Numbered from the stretch's first letter, positions 19,365-31,146 are shown. The stretch is DNA of 64,000 bases from an uncultured Pseudomonadales bacterium (GCA_964570365.1 CAZMXT010000002.1:57752-121751), one strand, 5' to 3'. Numbers and translations are program-made. Notes: generated from the sequence alone by a model not told the origin.

Positions 19365-19478
19365 ATATCTCCTAATTGCAGTACTTAATAAAATTACTAT
19401 TTATGTAATGAGTACCGATAAATAACTAGCGCCTGATTATATACGTTTATCTTCTGTTTGACAAAGCGAAATCAATTC

Positions 19479-21626
19479 CTACCGTACGTTAATTCCTTTT
19501 CGCTCTTCGACAATCTTGGCGGCAACGCTCTGTGGCACTTCATCGTAGTGACTTGGTAACAGCACTGAGCTGGCACGACCTTGGGTCATACTTCTCAAAA
19601 TTGTAACATATCCCTGCATCTCAGCCAGAGGTACGAGTGCTTTAATGATGACTGCTTTGCCGCGGTTACTCGTTCCTTGGATCTGGGCCCTGCGAGCACT
19701 TAAGTCACCAATCACGTCTCCCATAAACTCTTCTGGGGTAGTTACTTCTACGGTCATGATTGGCTCAAGAATGACGCCTCCAGCTTGGGAGACAGCGTCG
19801 CGAATACCAAGTGATCCGGCCATCTTAAATGACAGCTCACTCGAGTCAACATCATGGAAAGAACCGTCATATACAGTCACCTTGACGTCGATCATTGGAT
19901 AGCCAGCCACAAAGCCGCGCTCCATGGACTCCTGAATTCCTTTGTCAATTGGATTGATGAACTCACGAGGGATAGAGCCACCGGTGACGGCGTTCACAAA
20001 CTCGTAACCAGTACCACGTGGTAATGGTTCAATCCTGAGTAAACAGTGACCATATTGACCACGTCCGCCAGTTTGCTTGATGTACTTGCCTTCACCCTCA
20101 GCTTTTTGAGTAATGGCTTCACGATATGCAACTTGAGGAGCACCGACATTGGCCTCGACTTTATACTCGCGCTTCATTCGATCAACCAGAATCTCGAGGT
20201 GCAGCTCACCCATTCCAGAAATAATCGTTTGGCCGGTATTTGGATCAGACTTAATTCGGAAGGTTGGATCTTCTTCGGACAGCTTACCTAGTGCCACACC
20301 CATTTTTTCTTGGTCAGACTTGGTTTTTGGCTCAATGGCTAGAGACATGACAGGTTCTGCAAAAGAAATACCTTCCAACATAATTGGGTGGCCTTCATCA
20401 CAGAGCGTATCACCGGTTTTGGTGTCTTTCAAACCGACGATGGCGACGATCTCTCCAGAAAGCGCTTCTGTCACTTCTTCTCGCTGGTTGGCATGCATTA
20501 GTAGTAAGCGACCAACGCGCTCTTTGACTTTGCGAGTTGAGTTAAAGGTATAGGAGCCTGATGTTAACTTCCCAGAGTAAATCCGAACGTAGGTTAAACG
20601 ACCAACGTGTGGGTCAGTCTGGATTTTGAAGGAAAGACCTGCAAATGGCTCTTCTGGAACTAATTTGCGAACAATCTCTTCATTGGTCTTTGGATCCAGT
20701 CCTTTAATCTCGTTAATATCCTGAGGAGACGGCAGATACTCAACGACTGCATCAAGCAGCTGCTGGACACCGGTGTTACGCAGAGAAGATCCACAGAAAA
20801 CTGGCACTAAGGTGTAGCCAATCGTGGCTTTACGCAGTACAGCTTTCAGGTCATTGACCGCAATCTCTTCTGCATTTAAAAATTTTTCCATTAAGGTGTC
20901 ATCTAAGGCGGCAATTTGTTCTACCAACATACTGCGATACTTCTCTACATCTGCGACCATTTCTTCTGGGATCGGAACTTCGTTAAATTCAGCTCCAAGG
21001 TCACCCTTCTCCCAAATCCAGGCCTTTTTCTCGAGTAACTGGACAATTCCTTTGAATGTATTTTCGACACCGATTGGTAACACCATGATCGCTGGGTTGA
21101 CCCCAAATTTATTGCGGATATCATCTACACAACGTAAGAAGTCCGCTCCAATTTTGTCCATTTTGTTGACAAAACAGATACGAGGAACACTGTACTTATC
21201 AGCCTGACGCCATACAGTTTCAGATTGGGACTGGACACCCTCTTCGGCATCCAGAACCGTCACACCACCATCGAGCACGCGTAATGAGCGCTCTACTTCA
21301 GCGGTAAAGTCGACGTGACCGGGGGTATCAATAATATTGAAACGATACTGCTCTTTTTCGAGGTGAGTATCAAAGACTGGCGTCCAAAAGGTGGTAGTAG
21401 CCGCAGAAACGATGGTAATACCACGCTCTTTCTCTTGCTCCATCCAGTCCATTTGGGTTGCCCCATCATGAACCTCACCAATTTTGTAGGATTTACCGGT
21501 GTAGTAAAGAATGCGCTCAGTAGTAGTGGTTTTCCCGGCGTCAATGTGGGCAATGATGCCAATGTTCCGGATACGGTTAAGAGGGAGATTGCGCTCAGTT
21601 GTTTTAACAGTTTGCTGTCCAGCCAT
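19479..21626 (-). CDS. fusA: elongation factor G
   Basis: ORF to 21650; G-domain [17 protein letters not shown]; start probably at the internal Met (MAGQQTVK). Confidence 0.9.
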   Translation of the reverse strand: MAGQQTVKTTERNLPLNRIRNIGIIAHIDAGKTTTTERILYYTGKSYKIGEVHDGATQMDWMEQEKERGITIVSAATTTFWTPVFDTHLEKEQYRFNIIDTPGHVDFTAEVERSLRVLDGGVTVLDAEEGVQSQSETVWRQADKYSVPRICFVNKMDKIGADFLRCVDDIRNKFGVNPAIMVLPIGVENTFKGIVQLLEKKAWIWEKGDLGAEFNEVPIPEEMVADVEKYRSMLVEQIAALDDTLMEKFLNAEEIAVNDLKAVLRKATIGYTLVPVFCGSSLRNTGVQQLLDAVVEYLPSPQDINEIKGLDPKTNEEIVRKLVPEEPFAGLSFKIQTDPHVGRLTYVRIYSGKLTSGSYTFNSTRKVKERVGRLLLMHANQREEVTEALSGEIVAIVGLKDTKTGDTLCDEGHPIMLEGISFAEPVMSLAIEPKTKSDQEKMGVALGKLSEEDPTFRIKSDPNTGQTIISGMGELHLEILVDRMKREYKVEANVGAPQVAYREAITQKAEGEGKYIKQTGGRGQYGHCLLRIEPLPRGTGYEFVNAVTGGSIPREFINPIDKGIQESMERGFVAGYPMIDVKVTVYDGSFHDVDSSELSFKMAGSLGIRDAVSQAGGVILEPIMTVEVTTPEEFMGDVIGDLSARRAQIQGTSNRGKAVIIKALVPLAEMQGYVTILRSMTQGRASSVLLPSHYDEVPQSVAAKIVEERKGINVR

Positions 21627-21675
21627 ACATTCCTTTATATTTCTTACCAATTAGTGTAGAGAATTTACCAAAACT

Positions 21676-22152
21676 TTACCATCTGAAGTGAGCAAATGCT
21701 TTATTCGCGTCAGCCATGCGGTGCGCGCCATCGCGTTTGCCAATGGATCCGCCAGTGTTGTTCAAGGCATCGAGCATCTCTGCGGCCAACTTCTCAGCAA
21801 AGCTGTGATACTGCTTATTTGAACGTTTATTTGCTTCCTCAACTAACCAACGGACTGAAAGGGAAAGGCCTCGACGTCCGCGGATTGGCATTGGCACCTG
21901 ATAGGCGGCTCCACCAACTCTTCTGGAACGAACTTCCATTTGAGGAGTAATCATTCTGATCACTTCTTCAACTAACTCCAGAGGCTTTTTGCCTGTTTCC
22001 TTGGCTAGAAGATCCAGTGCCAGATAGACCTGCTTCTCAGCAACTGACTTCTTGCCATCTCGCATCACCCGATTAATAATCTTAGTGATCTTGGGAGAGT
22101 TGAATTTTAAGTCTGGTTGGACTTCGATGATTTTGGCGCGTTTAGCTCGCAT
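21676..22152 (-). CDS. rpsG: 30S ribosomal protein S7
   Basis: 158 aa. Confidence 0.9.
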   Translation of the reverse strand: MRAKRAKIIEVQPDLKFNSPKITKIINRVMRDGKKSVAEKQVYLALDLLAKETGKKPLELVEEVIRMITPQMEVRSRRVGGAAYQVPMPIRGRRGLSLSVRWLVEEANKRSNKQYHSFAEKLAAEMLDALNNTGGSIGKRDGAHRMADANKAFAHFRW

Positions 22153-22172
22153 ATTGGTATTCCTTGATTTGA

Positions 22173-22595
22173 TTAAGCAGCGGCAGCTGGTTTCTTCATT
22201 CCGTATTTACTACGACTTGTTTTACGTTTCTCAACACCAGCAGCGTCGTACTTTCCACGAACGATGTGATACTTCACACCTGGTAAGTCTTTCACACGTC
22301 CACCGCGAACTAAGACGATACTATGTTCAGCAAGATTATGACCTTCTCCCATGATGTACGCAGTCACCTCCACCTTGTTAGAAAGACGGACACGAGCAAC
22401 TTTACGCAAAGCTGAGTTAGGTTTCTTTGGGGTCATGGTTTTGACCACGGTACAAACACCACGTTTTTGAGGATTTATTGTTTTGGTTGGCTTCCCAGTC
22501 ACACTGTTGAAGCTGCGACGAAAAGCACTCGACTTAATTCGCTTTGGATTACTCCGACGAGCTTTATTACGAATTAATTGATTAATTGTTGGCAT
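22173..22595 (-). CDS. rpsL: 30S ribosomal protein S12
   Basis: ORF to 22622; S12 N-terminus MPTINQLIR at the internal Met. Confidence 0.9.
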   Translation of the reverse strand: MPTINQLIRNKARRSNPKRIKSSAFRRSFNSVTGKPTKTINPQKRGVCTVVKTMTPKKPNSALRKVARVRLSNKVEVTAYIMGEGHNLAEHSIVLVRGGRVKDLPGVKYHIVRGKYDAAGVEKRKTSRSKYGMKKPAAAA

Positions 22596-22806
22596 GAACA
22601 AACTCCTTACTAAAACTAACACTTGAGTGAAGGAGGAGGAAGAGAAGGAAAATCTTGAGGGGAAGAGAGACTATTGCGCCTACTCTACTTGCAAAGTTTT
22701 TCCTTGTATTACTCCTTTTTGAGGTGTTGTTCTACTCTGCTGTGTCTATCTCAACTGAGAAAAACCGAACAATCTCTTCACACAAGTTTGGGTATTGTAT
22801 CAGGGG

Positions 22807-22835
22807 GTGGGGAGAAATGCAAAGCGAGGTTAGCC
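22807..22835 (-). promoter_or_regulatory. candidate sigma70-type promoter of the str operon (TTGCAT-17 nt-TACAAT on minus strand)
   Basis: Reverse complement of 22801..22840 reads tcgcTTTGCATttctccccaccccctgaTACAATaccc; lies just downstream of the 221-aa gene and ~190 nt upstream of rpsL. Confidence 0.35.
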
Positions 22836-22859
22836 ACCCTCTTTCTATACAGGTTCACG

Positions 22860-23525
22860 TCAAAGCGAACTATAGGATTCCACATAAGCTTTCTTAGCGG
22901 CTTGATAAGCTCTTTCAAGTAAAGGAGAGTCACCTAAGCCAAACTCTTTTAGCATTTGGTAGTCTCTATCAAGCAGCAGCCAACGAGTGACAGCATCCTG
23001 AGCGACAGGAAAGGATTTATTTACGAATAGCCGGGTATCAACTCCTGAAAAATTCCTGATCATAAAAGATATATCAACCTTGAGTAGATCCTTCATAATT
23101 TTTCGCAACTCAAAAACTACACCCAGCTTATCAGCAAGGGGGGTTTGCTCACTCCCAGATAGATAGCTAAATGCATACTTTTCCATAAATGTGCGCAGTG
23201 TCTCCAACCTCTCTCGTGGACCATACTGGTCAAGATGCTTAATAGTGTTTTGACCCTGGAACTTGCTGAAGATTATGGTTGAAAGATCTCCCACAGCTGA
23301 CTCTGCTGAAAAAATTTTACCCTCATGGGATGTTAAAGTGATACCTATGGAATTTTCAGTCTGTAATTTTAAACTCAAAGCATCTAGCTTTAGACGAACA
23401 GCCGCTATTCTCATTCCATACTGAAGCTGAACTGTCTCCACCCCCTGTTCTTTTGCAGCTCTTACTTGATTGAGCTTATCTGCTTGTTCTTGAGGGTTAG
23501 TTCCCCGCCAATCTTGCTGATCCAT
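22860..23525 (-). CDS. hypothetical protein (221 aa) inserted between rpoC and rpsL
   Basis: Clean ORF with no family recognised by eye; flanked by a terminator upstream and a promoter-like element downstream. Confidence 0.6.
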   Translation of the reverse strand: MDQQDWRGTNPQEQADKLNQVRAAKEQGVETVQLQYGMRIAAVRLKLDALSLKLQTENSIGITLTSHEGKIFSAESAVGDLSTIIFSKFQGQNTIKHLDQYGPRERLETLRTFMEKYAFSYLSGSEQTPLADKLGVVFELRKIMKDLLKVDISFMIRNFSGVDTRLFVNKSFPVAQDAVTRWLLLDRDYQMLKEFGLGDSPLLERAYQAAKKAYVESYSSL

Positions 23526-23670
23526 TACTGGAAATTCACTTCCCTTTTCAAAGGCTCCTGCTTGATTGATTGCATATTGATGATGTCTTTCTGGTGGGGG
23601 GGGACTTCTGAACGTAAAGCAGGACTAATCATTTTTTCCTCTATTTTCTGTAGTATGAGTCTAGCATACC

Positions 23671-23703
23671 AAAAAGCCCCAACTTTGCAGCCAGGGCTTT
23701 TCT
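23671..23703 (-). terminator. rho-independent terminator after rpoC
   Basis: Minus-strand RNA: aagcccuggcu-GCAA-aguuggggcuu hairpin (~11 bp with GU pairs, GNRA loop) followed by UUUUU. Confidence 0.5.
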
Positions 23704-23740
23704 AGATTTCTTTCAAAACTCGCCTACTTTACCTTTTCGC

Positions 23741-26700
23741 TTAGGCCTCAATCATTGCCCGATCTGGTGAAGTCGGAATTAAGCGACCGATGATGACGTT
23801 CTCTTTCAAGCCTTCGAGGTAGTCGATGGCACCTGTCACCGCGGCGTCGGTGAGGACGTTCTTGGTGTGTTGGAAGGATGCCGCTGATAACCATGAACTG
23901 GTAAAGAGAGATGATCTGGTAATACCGAGAATCATCACCTTGGCTGTTGCTGGCTCACCGCCGGCTGCCATGACGGCATCGTTGGCTTGCACAAACTTGG
24001 CTCGTTCACTGACTTCACCAGTTAAGTACTCTGTGTCGCCTGGTGACTCGATCTGAACCTTGTCACTCATCTTGCGCACAATCACTTCAAAGTGCTTGTC
24101 GTGAATTGGAATACCTTGTGACTCGTACACTTTCTGAATCTGTTCAATGGTGTACTCTTGAGCGGCTAACATGCCACGAACTTGTAAAATCTCGCGCACA
24201 TCTAAGCTGCCCTTGGTCAACTGAGTACCTGTATTCACTAACTCGCCTTCAGCGACTTTCAGCGCCAACGCTTTGGGCACAGTGTAGACACGCTCTTCTA
24301 CTGGCTGAGAAGTACTTCTGATGGTGATGACGTTGGCCATCTCAGTCACTTCAACAGAAACTTTACCAGAGATCTCGGCCATTGGGGCTGGTGTCTTTGG
24401 GATACGAGCTTCAAAGAGCTCTTCTACACGTGGCAGACCTTGAGTCACGTCGAGTCCGACGATACCTCCAGAGTGCTTGACACGCATCGTGAGCTGAGTT
24501 CCTGGCTCACCGATTGATTGAGCACCAATGACTCCGACTGGAACACCGATCTCCACCATACCTCTAGTAGAGAAGTCCCAACCGTAGCATTGAGCACAAA
24601 TTCCTCTGGAAGCCTTACAAGTTAAAGGTGAACGGACAAATGCTGATGCAACTTTAGATTTTTCAATCTGGACTGAAATCTCATCAGTGATCATCTCGCC
24701 ACCCTTCACAATAGTCTTCTTGCCATCAACGATATCGTTCAAAGCAATCCGACCAACTAAGCGGTTACCAAAGATTGCTGCGCGTGGCTCACGGTGAATC
24801 TCTAAGCCTTTGTCAGTTTGACAGTCTTGCAACCGGATGATGACATCGTGAGAGACGTCTACTAAACGACGGGTTAAGTACCCGGCGTCAGCAGTCTTCA
24901 GCGCTGAGTCAGTCAAACCTTTTCGAGAACCACGTGAGGATGTCACGTACTCGAAAATGGTTAATCCCTGGCGGAAATTTGACTTGGTTGGCATTTCCAC
25001 AATCTTACCGAGTGGGTCAACGACGAGTCCACGCATAGCAGCCAGCTGTTTCACCTGGTCCTTGGAAGCACGAGTACCTCCAGAGTTGATCATGACTTTG
25101 ACCGCATTATTTTCTGGGTATGAAGCCCAGGTCTTTTCGGCCACAGTCTCTGTCGTATCCATCCAAATTTGGAAAGTTAAACGGCGACGCTCTTCGATAG
25201 TGACTAAACCATCAAGATAACTTTGCTGAACTTCTTCAGCCTTCTTGTTGGCTCCTTCAATAATGACATCTTTTTCAGCGATCATCTTACAGTCACTGAC
25301 CGAGACTGAAAGTCCGGAGGTGGTGGCTGCTTCAAAGCCAAGGTCCTTGATATCGTCAATTAAGGCACTGACTCTGTCTGAAGTTTCAGTGTGAATTGCA
25401 ACCGTAACTAACTCTTTAATTTTCTTGGCGGTAATTGAGTCATTCACAAATCTCAGACTCTCAGGCAAGACGTCATTAAAGAGCAAACGGCCGACAGTTG
25501 TTTTGACAATTGAGGACTTACCAGCAGCATCCTTTAAACGAACACTGATCAGCTGTCGCATCGAGATCACTCCTGTTTGATGAGCATGATATGCCTCATC
25601 TTGAGAAGAGAAGATCGATGGGTGAGCTGGAGCATCAACGTCAATAGATGTCTGATAGTAGGAACCCATAGCCATTTCTTTGTTTGGCACGGTAATTGGA
25701 TCACCATTGGCTGGCTTTAAGAGGTTGCGAGAAGCCAGCATTAAGGTGCGAGCTTCTTCTTGGGCCTCAACAGTCAAAGGGACGTGAACAGCCATCTGGT
25801 CGCCGTCAAAGTCAGCGTTATATCCAGAACAAACACATGGATGTAAGCGGATCGCTTTTCCTTCAATTAACAGAGGGAAAAAAGCCTGCATACCAAGTTT
25901 ATGAAGCGTAGGAGCGCGATTTAGTACCACAGGGTGGTCATAGATGACTTTTTCCAAGATGTCATAGACTTCTGGTTCGCGACGTTCAATCAGATGCTTG
26001 GCACTTTTTACATTTGGTGCAGTGCCTTGCATGATTAATTGATGGAGCACATATGGCTTAAACATTTCGAGTGCCATGTCTTTTGGAAGTCCACACTCAT
26101 TCAACTTGAGCTCTGGACCTACCACGATCACAGATCGACCAGAATAGTCAACACGCTTACCCAGTAAGTTCTGGCGGAAGCGACCTTGCTTGCCGCGCAG
26201 CATCTCTGAGAGGGAACGCAATGGCTTACGGTTCGAACGACGCTTGGCTTGGCGAGCTTGGCTACTGTCAATTAAGGAGTCCACTGCCTCTTGCAGCATA
26301 CGCTTTTCGTTGCGTAAGATGATCTCTGGAGCACCTAACTCGATCAAGTGCTTTAACCGATTATTGCGGTTGATCACGCGTCGATAAAGGTCATTCAAAT
26401 CTGAAGTTGCAAATCTTCCGCCTGACAGCTGCACCATCGGTCGCAGATCTGGGGGAATAACTGGCAAAACAGTTAAGAAGGTCCAGGTAGGGGTGATTTT
26501 GGCTTTTATTAAACCTTCCACTACGCGAAGGCGCTTGGTTGCTTTGATTTTCTTGGCACCTTTGGCCTCAGCCATCTCAGCACGCAACTTCTCAACTAAC
26601 TCTATCAAGTCAACGTCTTGGACTAACTCCATGATGCTCTCGGCACCCATTCCCACCCGAAGGTGATCCACGGCGTTGTACTCGTCTAACTTCAAATACT

Positions 26701-27439
26701 CATCTTCACTCAAGATAGAACCCTTGCGGATTCGCTTCAGCATGGATTTGAGTGTCTTGTAGACTTCTTCTGTTTGCTCTAACTGAGTTTCCAACTGCTC
26801 TTTGAGGTTGGTCAGGGCTTGTTTGGCCTTGAGCGTAATTTCGGTAACGCGCAGCTCCAAAGTTTCTTGACTCTTGACCTTGTTCTGTAGACTGGCTTTG
26901 GCTTCTTCAAGATCTGTCTTGACCTTTTCCATATCTAACTTGGTCTTTTCCTTCAGTTCATCTTGAGCAATCACCAACTCACTGTCGAGCTTCTCGACCA
27001 CTTGATTGCGCTCTTCTTGATCTACACTCAATACTACGTACTGAGAGAAGTAGATGATTGAAGCCAAGTTACGAGGTGAGATGTCGAGCAAGAGTGACAA
27101 CTTAGAAGGAGCTCCCTTGAAAAACCAGATATGAGCGATTGGAGTCGCTAAAGTAATGTGACCCATGCGCTCACGACGTACTCGAGATTGAGTTACTTCG
27201 ACGCCACACTTGTCACAAATAATACCTTTATAGCGGATCCGCTTGTACTTCCCACAGTAGCACTCATAGTCTTTCATCGGGCCAAAGATCTTTTCATCAA
27301 AAAGACCATCTTTTTCAGCACGCAAAGATCGATAATTGATGGTTTCTGGTTTCTTGACTTCGCCATAAGACCAAGACTTGATGATCTCTGGGGAGGCAAT
27401 ACGAATTTCTAGGGATGTAAAGTCTACTATTTGTTTCAT
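23741..27439 (-). CDS. rpoC: DNA-directed RNA polymerase subunit beta-prime
   Basis: 1232 aa; zinc-binding CxxC pairs near the N-terminus, NADFDGD catalytic motif; 4-nt overlap with rpoB. Confidence 0.95.
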   Translation of the reverse strand: MKQIVDFTSLEIRIASPEIIKSWSYGEVKKPETINYRSLRAEKDGLFDEKIFGPMKDYECYCGKYKRIRYKGIICDKCGVEVTQSRVRRERMGHITLATPIAHIWFFKGAPSKLSLLLDISPRNLASIIYFSQYVVLSVDQEERNQVVEKLDSELVIAQDELKEKTKLDMEKVKTDLEEAKASLQNKVKSQETLELRVTEITLKAKQALTNLKEQLETQLEQTEEVYKTLKSMLKRIRKGSILSEDEYLKLDEYNAVDHLRVGMGAESIMELVQDVDLIELVEKLRAEMAEAKGAKKIKATKRLRVVEGLIKAKITPTWTFLTVLPVIPPDLRPMVQLSGGRFATSDLNDLYRRVINRNNRLKHLIELGAPEIILRNEKRMLQEAVDSLIDSSQARQAKRRSNRKPLRSLSEMLRGKQGRFRQNLLGKRVDYSGRSVIVVGPELKLNECGLPKDMALEMFKPYVLHQLIMQGTAPNVKSAKHLIERREPEVYDILEKVIYDHPVVLNRAPTLHKLGMQAFFPLLIEGKAIRLHPCVCSGYNADFDGDQMAVHVPLTVEAQEEARTLMLASRNLLKPANGDPITVPNKEMAMGSYYQTSIDVDAPAHPSIFSSQDEAYHAHQTGVISMRQLISVRLKDAAGKSSIVKTTVGRLLFNDVLPESLRFVNDSITAKKIKELVTVAIHTETSDRVSALIDDIKDLGFEAATTSGLSVSVSDCKMIAEKDVIIEGANKKAEEVQQSYLDGLVTIEERRRLTFQIWMDTTETVAEKTWASYPENNAVKVMINSGGTRASKDQVKQLAAMRGLVVDPLGKIVEMPTKSNFRQGLTIFEYVTSSRGSRKGLTDSALKTADAGYLTRRLVDVSHDVIIRLQDCQTDKGLEIHREPRAAIFGNRLVGRIALNDIVDGKKTIVKGGEMITDEISVQIEKSKVASAFVRSPLTCKASRGICAQCYGWDFSTRGMVEIGVPVGVIGAQSIGEPGTQLTMRVKHSGGIVGLDVTQGLPRVEELFEARIPKTPAPMAEISGKVSVEVTEMANVITIRSTSQPVEERVYTVPKALALKVAEGELVNTGTQLTKGSLDVREILQVRGMLAAQEYTIEQIQKVYESQGIPIHDKHFEVIVRKMSDKVQIESPGDTEYLTGEVSERAKFVQANDAVMAAGGEPATAKVMILGITRSSLFTSSWLSAASFQHTKNVLTDAAVTGAIDYLEGLKENVIIGRLIPTSPDRAMIEA

Positions 27440-30400
27440 AATGCTCCTTCTTCGACTGCTTCGAGGTCTTCAGGCTCGGGTTCTTTTTCTTCTGTCTCGA
27501 CTTCAGTGTCACCAGCAATCACGGCTTCCTCATCAGTGACGGTCAGCTCTTCGCCAGTTGCAGCCTCATCCTGAACTAAAGTCAAATCGATAATGTCATC
27601 AGTCGCATTCAGAGGGAGAACTGCCTTATCGGCTTCATCAGCTGCATCGACAACTTCTTCACCATGAGGGACGATGTTCAGGCCAAGAGACTTGACTTCA
27701 CATAAGAAGACTCGGAAAGACTCCGTGACTGTTGGATCAGGAATTTCAGTTCCCTTGACAATAGCTTCAAAGGTCTTGGCTCTTCCCACGACGTCGTCTG
27801 ACTTAATCGTCAACATTTCTTGCAACATGTGAGCTGCTCGATGTGCTTCCAAGGCCCAGACTTCCATTTCTCCAAGTCGCTGTCCTCCCATTTGAGCTTT
27901 TCCACCCAAAGGCTGTTGTGTAACTAAGGAGTATGGTCCAGTTGAGCGAGCATGAGTCTTATCTTCCACCATGTGGATCAGCTTCAAGATGTACCCGATA
28001 CCGACGGTGGTGTCTTCGCTAAATGGCTCTCCGGTGCGGCCATCAATTAAACGGACTTTTCCACTGGCTGGCAAGCCCGCGCGCTCGAGCTCTTCCCAAA
28101 TCTTAGCTTCATTGACTTTTTCAAAGGCTGGGATGGCTACTTTATAGCCCAGCTTATCTGCAGCCCACCCCAAGTGGGACTCTAACAGCTGACCAAGGTT
28201 CATACGAGCCAAGACAGAAAGTGGCGAAATAATAATATCAATTGGCGTACCATCGGCCAAGTGTGGCATGTCAGCTTCTGGCACAATCTTGGAAATAACA
28301 CCTTTGTTTCCGTGACGTCCTGCAACCTTGTCTCCGACAGTAATCTTACGAACTTGAGCAACTTTAACGGTCACTTCTTTAATAGTTCCTGGATCTAACT
28401 CATCACCGAGATCTCGATCGAGGATCTGAACATCAATCACCACACCACTCTCACCATGAGGCATGCGTAGCGAGGTGTCTCGGACTTCGCGAGACTTCTC
28501 ACCAAAGATAGCTCGGAGTAGTCGCTCTTCAGGAGTCAACTCTGTCTCACCTTTAGGAGCAATCTTTCCCACTAAGATATCACCCGAAGTTACAACTGAA
28601 CCAATCCGGATGATACCGTCTGGAGTTAAGTTGCCTAAGAACGCTTCAGCCACATTTGGAATATCGTTGGTTAATTCCTCAGGTCCAAGCTTGGTATCCA
28701 TGACAGTGGCTCGGTATTCACTAATGTGAATAGAGGTCAACAGATCTTGTTTCACAATTCGGTCTGAGATAACGATGGCGTCTTCGTAGCCGAGTCCTTC
28801 AAATGAAGAATAGGCGATCAATAAGTTTGAACCAAGAGCCAACTCTCCATTATCAGTAGCTGGTCCATCAATAATGACGTCACCACGCTTGATTTTTTGG
28901 CCAACTACGACTGTTGGTTTCTGAGAGTAACAGGTACTTTGTGAGGTTCTAAAGAACTTCTCTACCTGATAGGTTTCGGTTTCATCGTTCAGGACAATGC
29001 GTTCGTTTTCATCAGTCTTTTGGAGTAACTTGGCATGATCTTTTTCTTTTTTATCTAACTCAACAACAACTCTGTTGGCATCAACATACTTAACTACTCC
29101 AGCGTGACGGGCAGAAACAGTGCGTTCCATGGCTACAGCCACGGCATTTTCCATACCAGTACCAACCACTGGAGCTTCTGGTTTCAATAATGGCACTGCT
29201 TGACACTGCATGTGCGTACCCATCAGGGCGCGATTCGCTTCGTCATGAGCAATAAAAGGGATCAGTGAAGCTGAAGTACCAATCACCTGACGTGGAATGA
29301 CGTCAATGTACTCGACATCAGTTGCTGGACCTTCCATAAAGTCATTCATGTGACGGATAGGCACCCACTCCTGAGTAATTTCGTTGTTATCACTGATCTC
29401 GACACCAGCATGAGTAATCTTGACATCTTCCTCGTCATCAGCAGAAAGATAGGTAATCTCATCTTGGATCATCATCTTGCCATTTTTGTTGACTACTTTT
29501 CGATATGGAGCTTCTAAGAAACCAAAGTTGTTCACCTTGGCATAGAGTGCTAAGTAGGTGACTAATCCGATGTTTGGGCCTTCTGGAGAACGAACCGGGT
29601 CGATTCTGGAGTACTGAGAGGCATTAATGTCACGCATTGAGAAAGAAGCGCGCTCTCTGGTCACACCACCACTACCCATTACTGACAAACGGCGTAAGTT
29701 ATCAATCTCAGCCAAAGGATTCGTTTGGTCAAGAATGGTTGATAAACGGTTGCGACGGAAAAATTCAGAAATAGTGGCAATCAATGGTCGAGCATTGACT
29801 AAAGCAGCTGGAGTTAAAACTTCATCTGTTTTGGTTAAGGACATTTTCTCACGAATAGATCGCTCTAAACGAATTAAGCCAATGCGGAAGGCATTTGCTT
29901 GCACCAACTCACCGACTCGGCGCACACGGCGGTTACTCAAGTGATCAATGTCGTCAACCTTCCCTTTACCATGTTGGAGCACGATTAAGTAACGAACTGC
30001 GGCCACGATGTCTCGAGGAGTCAAGACTGTGGAGGTTTCGTTAATATCAATCTTTAAGCGGCGATTTAATTTGTATCTACCCACTTCACCCAGGTCATAG
30101 CGGCGAGAATCAAAGAACATTTGTTGTAAAAGTTGTTTCGCATTTTCCAAGACGGCTGGCTCACCTGGTCTCATTTTTTCGTACAGCTCAATTAAAGCCT
30201 CAGCTTGGCTTTGAGTAGCATCTTTTTGTAATGTATTTTTAATGTAGTCAGTTGCACCTTTGATATCCACATCTGCAAATAACTTCATGATTTCTTCGTT
30301 AGTTCCATAACCCATAGCACGAAGTAACACGCTGACTGGCATCTTACGACGTCGGTCGATCTTGACGGTAATCACATCACGTTTGCCGACATTGATCTCA

Positions 30401-30921
30401 ATCCAAGAGCCACGTAAAGGCCTCAACTCTGCTTGATACAGCATCTTACCGATTGAAGGCTCCATGTCGCCAGAGAAGAAAATACCTGGAGAACGAACTA
30501 ACTGAGTGACCACTGCACGCTCGATACCATTAATAATAAAGGTGCCAGCTGAGGTCATTTTAGGAATATCACCTAAGAACACTTCTTGGGTTTGCTCTTC
30601 ACCAGTGCGTTTATTGAGCAAAGTTGCTTCAACACGAATGGGAATATCAAAGGAGACGGCTTTTTTCTTGGCTTGGAAGCGAGTGTACTTGGCTTTACCA
30701 AAGTGATATGCGCCAAACTTAAGACTCCAGTTCTTACCAGTGAAGTCTTCTATGCCATTTTCACCATTAATTTCATCAAGAGATAGACGAATGCCGATCT
30801 CGAGAAACTGTTCGTAACTCTCGCGCTGGACTTTAGTCAAGTCAAGCTCAGGCAGAGCCACACCGGTTTTCCCCCAGTACTGGCGCTCGCTTTGATGCGG
30901 TGAAGATGAAGTTTGCAACAT
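27436..30921 (-). CDS. rpoB: DNA-directed RNA polymerase subunit beta, with acidic C-terminal tail
   Basis: ORF to 30978; the N-terminal Met is uncertain (MLQTSSS... at 30921 is likely); the C-terminal ~60 aa are Asp/Glu-rich. Confidence 0.9.
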   Translation of the reverse strand: MLQTSSSPHQSERQYWGKTGVALPELDLTKVQRESYEQFLEIGIRLSLDEINGENGIEDFTGKNWSLKFGAYHFGKAKYTRFQAKKKAVSFDIPIRVEATLLNKRTGEEQTQEVFLGDIPKMTSAGTFIINGIERAVVTQLVRSPGIFFSGDMEPSIGKMLYQAELRPLRGSWIEINVGKRDVITVKIDRRRKMPVSVLLRAMGYGTNEEIMKLFADVDIKGATDYIKNTLQKDATQSQAEALIELYEKMRPGEPAVLENAKQLLQQMFFDSRRYDLGEVGRYKLNRRLKIDINETSTVLTPRDIVAAVRYLIVLQHGKGKVDDIDHLSNRRVRRVGELVQANAFRIGLIRLERSIREKMSLTKTDEVLTPAALVNARPLIATISEFFRRNRLSTILDQTNPLAEIDNLRRLSVMGSGGVTRERASFSMRDINASQYSRIDPVRSPEGPNIGLVTYLALYAKVNNFGFLEAPYRKVVNKNGKMMIQDEITYLSADDEEDVKITHAGVEISDNNEITQEWVPIRHMNDFMEGPATDVEYIDVIPRQVIGTSASLIPFIAHDEANRALMGTHMQCQAVPLLKPEAPVVGTGMENAVAVAMERTVSARHAGVVKYVDANRVVVELDKKEKDHAKLLQKTDENERIVLNDETETYQVEKFFRTSQSTCYSQKPTVVVGQKIKRGDVIIDGPATDNGELALGSNLLIAYSSFEGLGYEDAIVISDRIVKQDLLTSIHISEYRATVMDTKLGPEELTNDIPNVAEAFLGNLTPDGIIRIGSVVTSGDILVGKIAPKGETELTPEERLLRAIFGEKSREVRDTSLRMPHGESGVVIDVQILDRDLGDELDPGTIKEVTVKVAQVRKITVGDKVAGRHGNKGVISKIVPEADMPHLADGTPIDIIISPLSVLARMNLGQLLESHLGWAADKLGYKVAIPAFEKVNEAKIWEELERAGLPASGKVRLIDGRTGEPFSEDTTVGIGYILKLIHMVEDKTHARSTGPYSLVTQQPLGGKAQMGGQRLGEMEVWALEAHRAAHMLQEMLTIKSDDVVGRAKTFEAIVKGTEIPDPTVTESFRVFLCEVKSLGLNIVPHGEEVVDAADEADKAVLPLNATDDIIDLTLVQDEAATGEELTVTDEEAVIAGDTEVETEEKEPEPEDLEAVEEGAL

Positions 30922-31146
30922 GAACGCTCCTTTTTCCGTTAAATAAACGGACCTGATCTGTATGCAAATGCGAACCAAAAAAAGGCTGCCCTCCGAGAGG
31001 ACCTCCTTCTGTTAGACGCAGTTTAGTCAAAAAGAAAATGTATTTGGCAAGCCAACTTTCTCGATTTACGACGCGAAATTGCAGTTTTCGCGTAGGTGAT
31101 TTTACCAATCATTTTTAATTAATGCAATGGCGAATTGTATCATCAT

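Noticed and set aside
31010-31030. Possible stem cctc-cga-gagg upstream of rpoB
   Set aside because: 4-bp stem is too weak to call a terminator or attenuator.
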